From: Tubulanus polymorphus
Lineage: Eukaryota > Animalia > Nemertea
NCBI RefSeq assembly: GCF_964204645.1
Contig: NC_134028.1
Coordinates: forward strand, 26,222,345-26,286,344
DNA: 64,000 nt
Direction: 5' to 3'
The translations under genes were made by a program, and so were the position numbers. Positions 53,601 to 62,628 of the stretch are shown piece after piece. The notes beneath the pieces were generated by a model that made no database searches, was not told the origin of the DNA, and saw only the letters and a list, made by a program, of their open reading frames with translations. Within the stretch, counting starts at the first letter, position 1. Each line of letters opens with the position of its first letter.

Positions 53601-56322
53601 TGAACGCGCTCGCTAATTAGGCAAATTTTGACTCTGGGTCTGGTCCAACCAGTTTGACCCAGGCCCAAATGGTCTCAGAACGTTTTAAGAGTCCATGATT
53701 GTGAAGTCATTGATGGGAACGAAACCTCTGATACCACGTGAACATGATATATGGTGCCACCTGTCAGGAGTATGAGCTGACCGTACATCATGTCCTGATC
53801 ATTTGAGTTCCTTGAACACTCTTATCTTTGTCTCAGAATAAGTTCATATCGATATTAGTTCGATAAGTTCAAACATATCATTCATAAGATCATTGTCAAA
53901 CATCAAGAAATCTATCAACAGGGAAATTAGATTAATGCATTCGCATAATATGCATGTTTTTAATGAGAATATATTCATATTACAGTAAAACGAGTTAATT
54001 ATTTTTGCATGGATTATCATTTATACTTTTACAGTGAATATTTATTGCTATTGTCAAATTCAGTGAACATTTTGTTTAAATAGTTTTCATATTTATTTCG
54101 GTATGTGACGTGAATGTATCGGAATGAGTTTCATTCATTCATACATCGGCTTAATTAGCAAACACTCATCTAACTGGGGGAGGGGTACGGTTCATAAGCA
54201 TGAATATTAAAATTCATAAAGTCATTAAATTATTTTGAAAATATTGAAATTATTGAAATTGATAACTATTTATTCCATTGCTCTGTATCACTAGTATCAC
54301 CCAGCACTAGTACATGACTCAATGTGAACTTACCCTGCAAACATTTTCTCGAGGCTCGCTGTAGCTGAACAACAAATTCTCTTCAAGGTCTCTTAAGTCT
54401 AGGCGGCAGATTTCTTCGAAGTTAGTACATTATTTCAGGAACACAGATAATAGGAGTCCCTTGTTATCAACAACTGGTCAGTCGATAGCGTTTCAGTTCA
54501 ACGGAGTCAGTCTATTTCCTGGAAACTTTCAACTGAATATCAGATCGAATTTCTATGTGAAATCATGACCTGCAATTGACTATCTTTTCAAAGTTATAAA
54601 TCATTGAAATATGGATGGATTTGATTATAACCTCTGAATAGAAAACTAGAAACTTTTTATTCTATTGAAAACTATAACAAAATCTCCAAAATCTCTTCTC
54701 TATATAAATATTAAGGAAGATGATTTCATAAGAAATTCACTTTTTATTCCAGTATTCCTTGTTATTCTTTTCTAGAATTAATTCTTTTTTTGTAATAAAA
54801 GTTCATTTTCAAGATATATTATGTATTTATTAAGCATGTTTGCATGATGCATGTATTTATTTTGTTACTAAACCAGGGGCTGCCCGGATTCGATGCTCCG
54901 TGCCCTGTCGATGAAGAAGGGTTACCCATAGCCGGAATTCCAGGTTGTCCCGGCCCCGGCGACACTAAGGGGGGTTTCAGTTCTAACAACAGACGTCAAA
55001 GGATTCGAATAAATCAGGTAAAGACTGACTGGGATTGGTGAAGTTGTAAGAATGGGGGTCGTAAGGATTGACTTTCTGCAGGAAGGTCGAAATCATCAGC
55101 AATAAACGGAATTCTAGTCGGCTGTGCCTAACATTTGGATTTGGGGAGGCAGCAGAGAAACCCGAAAAAGGGCAGTTCTAGCAAAAAGGGCACTTCTCCA
55201 AAATTAACAGCCGTGCTGATGAATAGAATTTAGTTTTGAAAAGGGAGATCATTGGGACCCCCAACCCCTCCTGGTGATGCCTTGCTGGGTAATTTTTATA
55301 CGGTGAAATTGATCCTCAGAGTTCCGGATCGCCTTCTGCATGCGAAAGTTAACGCTTTATAGCGCATGCAATCTTATATATTTTTTGAGAAAACAATTCA
55401 GACCGATGCACCGTATCATTAAAACGGTTATTTATATAAGGCTCTGTTGTTAACTACAACATATTATACGCAGAAAAACTGTATGTAAAGAAATGGCAGA
55501 TTTATCTGTGGGTACAGGTGCAACGCGCGCCTTCCTTTTCTTACCTCATCTCTCTTACTGACTGTTAAATCTTGAGCGATTACCTCGGTAAACCACTCAC
55601 CCACAGCCATCAAATAAGTGTTTTGTTGATTTCTCTTCAAGCTAAGAATATCTGTTAATTGTTTATTGCTTCATAAACACTTCTAGGTAAAAAACGAAAA
55701 GTGTCATCTCCAAGCAGTAAACATTAACTGGGATATTGGTCGAATAACTTGAAATAAGTCCTGACTTCATGTCAAAATCGAGGACCAGTTTCAATGCTTT
55801 CAAGTCGAAAATTTATAATCGAGTTTGATAAATTTAGGACCTGTTTTAATTTAAGAAATATTGATTGAAGTTTTTTTTGGATGGAAACCCGTGGAATGAC
55901 AGGGGCGGATTTAGACTGTATTTAGAGCGGATTTAGAATTTTAAAGTGCCTTTTTATTTTTTCTCTGTATTAAGATTTGCTGTTGTAACCACCTGAGATA
56001 CACAATAGATATTTGTCCTAAATATGTAACCTATGTTTCTTGACTAAATGCCTCTCAGAGATGCTCAGAAAGCTCTTAAATGATAGTAAAATTTCGAAAA
56101 TGAAATTTGCTGATATGCCTTTTCGCCCTAAATTAAGAATATATGCCCTTTTTATTGGTCGACATGGTCACAACACGTCCCTGGATCCACCCCTGAATGA
56201 TCCTGCATGATGTTACAAATAAGGCCGAATTAACTTGAACTTTATAGTGCCACTGATTCTGCCACTGATTGTGGGAAGGTTTTAATCAATTGTCTTTCGA
56301 TTAATTTTTATAGGAAAACTGA
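11657..56322 (+). CDS. Membrane-associated collagen with interrupted triple helices (MACIT; collagen XIII/XXIII/XXV-like), type II transmembrane
   Basis: Exon 11657-11920 (short cytoplasmic N-terminus, [22 protein letters not shown], coiled coil); exon 12267-12333 (furin site RAKR, GCTCPPG). Gly-X-Y/NC exons: 21334-21404, 21815-21850, 22557-22592, 22833-22859, 22942-23001, 23467-23502, 24642-24677, 24918-24953, 25122-25193, 26143-26211, 26949-27020, 27309-27407, 27488-27514, 27686-27721, 27809-27844, 27929-28135, 28693-28818, 30683-30754, 31470-31565, 32463-32534, 34303-34392, 34541-34585, 34788-34820, 35195-35230, 35458-35493, 38067-38111, 41789-41851, 43060-43122, 43622-43648, 44338-44373, 45537-45590. 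NC4 exon [18 protein letters not shown] at 45697-45777; terminal GAA AAC TGA at 56314-56322. Confidence 0.93.
13576..13822. mobile_element. MITE with CAGGG(G)CGGAT TIRs and 5-bp TSD (hAT-like)
   Basis: CAGGGCGGAT...GATCCGTCCTTG flanked on both sides by CTATG. Confidence 0.75.
18261..18468. repeat. 17-bp minisatellite (caacccgtgcctgctc-type)
   Basis: About 12 tandem copies; explains the overlapping repetitive ORFs in the track. Confidence 0.95.
18665..18780. repeat. 29-bp tandem repeat x4
   Basis: aaacaatactcgttaaccagatagacgtg x4 with no spacers. Confidence 0.95.
23211..23381. mobile_element. MITE family with GCTGCGATCACA-type TIRs and GGCCCG/GGACCA core
   Basis: Related copies near 25320-25440, 26688-26863, 34645-34732, 48229-48330 and 53428-53700. 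Confidence 0.6.
29591..29701. mobile_element. MITE with GGACCCAGTTCCACAG-type TIRs
   Basis: ggatccagttccatagtt ... aactgtggaactgggtcc; related termini near 33446, 34150, 35610, 35873, 39655-39776. Confidence 0.7.
29797..29967 (+). CDS. Candidate Arg-rich cassette exon of the collagen
   Basis: TAG|...AAG|GTACAA, 171 nt, phase 0/0, stop-free: [57 protein letters not shown]. Long AG-free pyrimidine tract upstream. Confidence 0.65.
32712..32989 (+). mobile_element. Internally deleted hAT-like DNA transposon with transposase Zn-finger remnant
   Basis: Perfect 12-bp TIR CAGAGATGCTAG; flanks TTGATG/TTGATA; internal frame [24 protein letters not shown] resembles the N-terminal zinc finger of hAT transposases. 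Confidence 0.7.
33933..34083. mobile_element. Dispersed repeat/MITE (AACGCACATG ... GAAAC-rich)
   Basis: Similar copies near 22050-22190 and 29211-29350. Confidence 0.55.
37730..37800 (+). mobile_element. tRNA-derived SINE-like fragment (B box GGTTCGAATCCC)
   Basis: gtggcagagtctctcgatgctatcaGGTTCGAATCCCggccgag; diverged inverted copy at about 37300-37350; no complete cloverleaf seen. Confidence 0.45.
41470..41693. mobile_element. Nested MITEs
   Basis: Outer perfect 16-bp TIR CCTCATTTTACATAAA; inner element 41531-41661 with GGGCCCAGTTTCACGAAAAAG-type TIRs. Confidence 0.75.
43781..44033. mobile_element. CAGGGGCGGAT-family MITE
   Basis: Same TIR family as 13576; flanks GAAAC/GAAAT. Confidence 0.6.
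45697..45777 (+). CDS. Collagen NC4 exon variant A
   Basis: [27 protein letters not shown]; canonical MACIT C-terminal motif; AG/GT, phase 0/0. Confidence 0.92.
49819..49908 (+). CDS. Collagen NC4 exon variant B
   Basis: [30 protein letters not shown]; TAG|...AAG|GTAGGC; phase 0/0; CX11C retained. Confidence 0.85.
53115..53240 (+). CDS. Collagen NC4 exon variant C
   Basis: [42 protein letters not shown]; CAG|...GAG|GTATGT; phase 0/0; CX11C; distant branch point-like ACTAAT near 53020 with an AG-free tract. Confidence 0.8.
54877..55017 (+). CDS. Collagen NC4 exon variant D
   Basis: [47 protein letters not shown]; CAG|...CAG|GTAAAG; phase 0/0. Confidence 0.88.
55900..56195. mobile_element. 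CAGGGGCGGAT-family MITE with 5-bp TSD
   Basis: CAGGGGCGGAT...ATCCACCCCTG flanked on both sides by AATGA. Confidence 0.8.
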
Positions 56323-58130
56323 TGAAATTCCTGTCCGTATGAAATTGTGATGTCTGTTGAATCTCGCAGGGGAAAGTGTGTGAAGCCTGTGGTGTAAATA
56401 CTTCAGTATATGTATACAGCTTGCTGCGGTTCATAAAAAAATCACACCAAGGAAATGGATAAAGAATTCTTTGGTATCAACAAAATTTGTCCTGTGTAAA
56501 AAATTAGAGTTATGAAATAACATGAAAGAAATTCTGAGCTGCCAACTGTTCCAAATGTTCAGTATTTGTTACTACTCTATTACGAGAAATACTGATTTGA
56601 TTTGTTTGATGTCACTAAAGGTCTTACTGTTGGTTATTGAATAATTTGAACATTTTCTTTCAATGAAATATTACAAAAGAAAATTCAATTTGTTACTGAT
56701 AGCAGTTTTCAGAGGTTGGCAGCCCTGGACATTCGATGATAAATGAACTAGGCCTATATGTAAAGAGCAGTTTTTCTGAATTTTTGGTACGACTGATGAT
56801 GTTATATCACAGAGTCTGCTCATATCAAACAGGATTCAATATAGAATATATTATTTGTTTCGTATAATTTTATTATGCTGTAAATTATGTGTATGTTAAT
56901 ACATATACACAAGAGAAGTATATACATTACTTATATAAGATATAATGCATATATGTTATAGCTATAAACCCTTATATATATATATAGATAAATATGAATA
57001 TCTTATATATATGTATGTGTATAAAATTATTTGTGTAATCCTCGTAAAAAATATCTGAGATTTGTATTTGATTTTTGTTGTCATGCAGTAAATATATCAT
57101 AAATAATGGCTACATCAAAAGTAAAAAAATGATGCAACTTGATTGGAAAAATATTGATACTTTAAAGATGTTTAAAACGTACCTGAGTATTGGAGCCTTG
57201 GATTTGTGTTTTCTCGCGTGCACCGACGATTAATAACATGCTTTGACTAAAACTAAACATCCGAATAATTTCAATACTAAACAAATATGCAGTGAGTGTA
57301 TGAAATAATGGAAAACTTTCTACGAGTCTATTATCATTAAAAGTTAGGAGTAATAAATATTAATTAGTGAATATTGTTAATTACGGATGTGTGAGAGACC
57401 GTAAAATTAGTGTTTTACCAATTTCTCGATCGTGCAGTTGATACCGGTATCTGTCGGATACACAATGTTTCAAGCGTTAATGAACAAACTGTTTGGAGTC
57501 GATGAATGTGTGGCGATGCTTAGTTTGTACTTGTTTCATATTGTACACATCATACATGGCTAGTTTAACATTACAGATTTTGTCGGCGTTTTGTTTAAGA
57601 GTTGTCGTTATTTCGGACGTTCCCGATATTTAAATCTAAACTAGTTTGAAACAGATTTCGAAGAGAAGAAAAACCATCGTTTGTAATATGTAAAAGATTA
57701 TGTTTATCGTAGTATTTTTCCACCTGATTGAACTTTATACCCCCGGGCAGCAGGTGTTACATAATAATAGCGTTGATTCTAGGAATTAACCTTTAGTCTC
57801 TGGGTGCTTAATCCCGCTATTGCCTCGCCTCATTCACATACTGGCTACGTTCGAGAGGTTGCCATTGATAAAGCTCTGAATTAATCGAGGACGACGATGT
57901 GAAAATGAAATCCATATAATAATGTCCTTACTGTATTAAGAGCTAGAAAGAGTTATGGCTTTCTAATTTATTTTTACTGGCATGTCTTTGTGCGCCCGTC
58001 GTATTTTGCGTAAGCAGAAAGATTTTTGTTTAATTTCAACCGATCTGCTGGATACAAACGTGTTAAAATGTAAATGAATGAAATAATATACGACAAATAA
58101 AGATATCATTTTTGCCATTTGTAATATAAA
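56323..58130 (+). other. Probable collagen 3'UTR with poly(A) signal
   Basis: AU-rich tract after the stop; AATAAA at 58096-58101 followed by GT-rich sequence near 58138. Confidence 0.5.
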
Positions 58131-58614
58131 AAATCCCTGTGTCGTGTTTTAAATGCTTCCTGTTACTCGAATGTTCGAACGTGCTTTCGGTCTCGATTAA
58201 TCCTGGAAATATATTTTTATGCCGGGACGATGTGACCTATATGATGTACTATTACGAATAACCCGAATAGCATCCAAAATTGATTCAGAGCAATTTATGC
58301 AAAAAGAAAAAGCTATGTAAAGCCAAACTTTAGTTTACCCATGCGATATGTCACTACCCTGAAAGAAACTGATTTATTCAGCATGCCCTTCGCTTGATAA
58401 ATCTCCTTTCGCATCATGTTGCGTCCAGTCCATCGCATCTCAAGCTCGCCTTGATTTGTTTTTAGGTCTACGAAGCATTTTGCGTTATGAATCGACATAG
58501 CTTTTATTTTGCTCTATCAATTAAATTCTCTGTTTTGCATTTCGATTGCTCTATTGGGGTCATATTCATAGTGATGATAACCTTGTTAGAAGAAGAGTTC
58601 CGGCGAAAATTATC

Positions 58615-59400
58615 GGCCTGTTTACAACGCAAGCTGTTCACATGTGTCACCCCTATAACGACACTTCGTGGAATCGTCCATTGTCATTATTATTCATGCA
58701 CGTATTTGTTTCCCGGGGTGGTAGAGTCAGCTGACTGAGTATTTATAGTCAGCAGAGAACCTGGTACCGTCGCACTCGACTGAGAGAAGTCGGCTAGTTC
58801 GCCTCGCTCGTCTTTACACGAGAATATCATTTACGGAAAGAGAGATAAAGAGATTAGAAAGAGTGGAATATATTTTTCGAGTGCTCGGTAGTTCTGAGTG
58901 ATGGTTGCAGAGGTAACGGTTAAATCTACGTTTCAAAAATTAATCATGAAGGTTCAAGAACTGATCGAAAGGGATTATATAACAGAAGCAAACAACAATT
59001 CTACTCAACTTCGGAGGAAACGAAGTAAGTATCAACTTGAAACGCTTCCATAAATTATAAGTCTGATTATTTTCTAAGTTTTTTTTTAGTTCAATCAGAA
59101 ATGAATTAAATTCCAGGTCGTGTTTTAAATCTGTTATAATCGGGATTTAGAATCATATAAACGTTACTATTCATTTACGATCAATACCGGCTTGAAATGA
59201 ATGCTGATTGAAATGTGATTTTCGAATTTCCTGGTGATCTATACTTGACGATTTAATGTTATTTTAAAGATTTGTTAAATCGTGTTGCACACACTGTGTC
59301 AACACACTGTGTCAGTGACACAGTAACGACAAGTATGGCACCTGCTTATGTGAATTACCTGAATGTAAATGATGCAATATTAGATAATGACGCAATCGGG
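58615..59400 (+). promoter_or_regulatory. Stress-response elements of DDIT4
   Basis: FOXO TGTTTAC 58619-58625; HRE (TACGTG, minus) 58699-58704; TATA-like TATTTATA near 58740; intronic C/EBP-ATF sites TGATGCAAT 59370-59378 and TGACGCAAT 59388-59396. Confidence 0.55.
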
Positions 59401-59943
59401 GAATCACGCCAAACATGTTGTCACGGTGAAACTAAACGATGATTTATTCCTATCATTTCAGGTGAAAATCGAAGAGCTTCGTTAAGTTATATGATGTCTG
59501 CCGATGCTGTCGGATACAACAGTTACGAGGAATCGCTCGTCTTACAAGAACGACTATTTCTAATCGGACAAATCGAGGAGTTAATGCGGACTGCTAAAAT
59601 CGATCTTTCTCTGGACGATGTTCTCATTCCGAGTGGACTTACTTCGAAAATATCTCAAGACGTTTTAAACATGTCTCAGAATGAGCCGTACGGACTCAGA
59701 GGTTGCGTGATACACGTCAATCTAGAGTGTGCCACAATGTGCCATAGGATCGGCAGAATACACTGCGATCCCGACACCGTTTCGACGTTCGAAATCTATC
59801 TGACTTTGAAGGAGGATAGCAAAAAATGGACCAGTATTACGAAAATGATCCCCGTGCTGGATAAATTTATGCAACAACGCAAGAAAACTGTTCTAATTAG
59901 TGCGGCGTATACTGCGGAAAAAAGAAAACTTTACGGAAGCTAG
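58901..59943 (+). CDS. DDIT4: DNA damage-inducible transcript 4-like / REDD1 (scylla/charybde family), 2 exons
   Basis: Exon 1 58901 (or ATG 58946)-59024, A|GTAAGT; exon 2 59462-59943. RTP801_C motifs EPYGLRGC, DPDTVSTFEIYLTL and C-terminal KRKLY. Confidence 0.93.
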
Positions 59944-61810
59944 TCACATCTTACGAAACATATTTATCAAATCAGTCAAAAGCGCAGCCGAACGCCTGTA
60001 ACCGTATCAGTATTTCCGCAGATCGTTAACCACAAGACTTGATAAAATTCGCTCAATGGACTGGATGTTGGATCGAGACATTTTATGCATTTTACAACTA
60101 GAATATAAGATTGTTATTAATCATCTCCGGCTCATAGTCATAGTGTTTATATGTAAACACGTTTAGTTACTTTCCACCGAAATAATTCACTGTCCAAATA
60201 GTTATTTGAATTACTTCTGCCAAAATGTGCTGTAGTTTAAAAATGTTATTATTTCATGACTGTTAGTGTTGAATTGCGCAATAGAGCAATTAAAAAGTAT
60301 CTCATTAATTGGAAGATCCCCGTACCCTTGTTGATTGTATCTGTGTGAATGAGATTTTCAAGGCCACTGGCTAGATCCGTACGCTTTTCTGGAAATTTCC
60401 ATTCAGTGCAAATCCTAGCAGAGCGGCACAATAGCTGAGCGGTCAGATTTCTAGAAATCGTTATAATATAGTTGACTCATTCATTGATTGTAGTATTTGA
60501 ATTATTTCCGGGACACCAATCATTCTATGACTAATTCACCTATCACGTGCGTGTGTGTCTGCGTACCTTACTAGATCGATAGGTTTGATAATTCGGTTAT
60601 CATTCAATCAGAGATTTCGTTCCTTTTAAATCTAAACTTTTCCGCGATATTTAAAAATTCGTATTTATATCAGAATCGGCATCTAAAACACGTTTGTGCT
60701 AATAATACGTAGAATTATGTTCCAAAAATTACTGCTTAACAAATAATGTCTGTTGTTAGAAAAACTGTTGATTAACAGTTCTTTCGATTTCGTTTTCGTT
60801 CCATAATCGAATAAAGTGAGTGGTCAGTATAAAGTAATTTGTGATAATTAATTGTGAATTTTTTTTACCAAGATGATAACATTTCTGTACATAACTACTT
60901 GTCTAAATAAATGTGCAAAGAAGAAAGTGACTGTGTATTTGTTCGTTTATCGCCAGGGAATACTGGTATTATGAAATCACTTATCTCTATGGTTGTATTC
61001 ATATGGACCTACGAGCAATTCAGATAATTGCTCGTAGTAAGGACTGACTCGAGTACTGCTTTCCTTATCATTCTGCCAGTCATTGACAAATGGATCCCAA
61101 TTTACGTCCAACAATTGAACCCGAGTCCACGGCAACGGCGCACACGACGCAGGGCGGAATCAAACTTACGTCTTGGAAACGTTTCCCAAATACATCTACG
61201 ATATTCGCTACCGGGAAACGATTGTTTGTCATGTCTCCTATGCCAGTACCCGGTGTGGCTCAGGCGACTACGAGTTTTGCGTGGGCGTATCCCTCGACCA
61301 CGGGAGTTGTCGGGTTTGTAAAAACTATAATATGAACAATCCAGAATCTGTAGCTGAGCAGTTAGGCGATAGAACATTTTCAAATACTAATATCGGCACT
61401 ACTCTCTCAGGGCCACCCGTATTCACCCAAGTTGGTACCGAACGACGGGTGAACACTAATTTTCACCCCAGCGGGCAGTCCTGGCCTCGAATTCACGGGA
61501 ACTCAGTGATACGAGACTTACGAACAGCATAGAGAGAGTTCATTTTTCATGGTGTCATTTTTGCTATTTCTGTATTTATATCGCATCAAGCACGGAGTAT
61601 GATGAAGGAACCTCCGAATGAATATAATAATAAGAAAACTGAATGTTTGAGTTTGTAACGATAGTTTATTTTTCACAATCGGTTTGGTGAAACTGGATTT
61701 CTGGTGGTTTAAAGTCACAGTGATTTAAGAGTATCGAGAAAATGTCGTTCGTGTCTTAGTGTCTGTGGTACATCAGACACTAAGGTTCTTGGTGAAACAG
61801 AGAGTGGCTG

Positions 61811-62003
61811 ATCCGAACCGGCGCTCACCCTTTTGGTTAGCTTTGTGTTCAATAAAAAGTGAATTTAAATCGGCGTCCACCCCTGGTAAGCGAGAATTTC
61901 AATAAAGTGAATTTGAATCGACGCCTATCCCTGGTAAGCGAGTGTTTCAATAAACTGAATTTTAATTTATCGGCGCCATGTCTTTGTAGTGCTTCCGGTA
62001 AGT
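61811..62003 (+). repeat. ~49-bp tandem repeat (3 clear units plus 1 degenerate) with AATAAA and GGTAAG in each unit
   Basis: AATAAA at 61851, 61901, 61949; G|GTAAG at 61886, 61934, 61998. Confidence 0.85.
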
Positions 62004-62628
62004 AAAAATGTTTCTAATTTTTCGATTTTTCGAAATCAGTTTTCACCTTTTCATCCATTCTTAAACCGCGCATTTCATGGGCAAATGTTTCAATGATTAT
62101 TTCTCGTGTTCTGCTGATAATTCTCTGTTGAATTGGAGCCAAGATTTAGTCTGAATATGTCAAAAACCAAAACGTGATTCGCGCACCGACCGGTACTACT
62201 CGCTTGCCAGGGCGAATGGATCATTTAGGAGCATAAAAATTCATTTGGTTTATGAAAATCCTCACTAAACATCCTCATATTTTATATTAGTTTATGAAGA
62301 ATAGATGGAGGAGTGACTGTTGTTTATAGGTATCCGTCCGTAATGCCGGTTTATACACCTAACCTCACTCACCTCTATTTCTCCACAGAAACATGACCCC
62401 CGAGCGTAGTCATCTTGTCGCCCCCCTTGTTAACATCTTAATGTACTTAACTATACTCGATTTATTCCTGTTTCTAGTCATTTCATAGAAGCATCTATCT
62501 CTGACTGGTATAAACACACATAGATAAATCCAGGGCAGTTAAAAAAGTTGTTTGTTTTTTAACATTTCCAGTTGTAAATTCGACTTAAAATTCGTGTGCG
62601 AATTTCTAAAAACGGGCGAAGAAACAAG

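Noticed and set aside
55540-55601. Cluster of antisense 5' splice-site-like motifs (cttacctc, ttacctc, actcaccc)
   Set aside because: No matching antisense exon or ORF found; could be chance.
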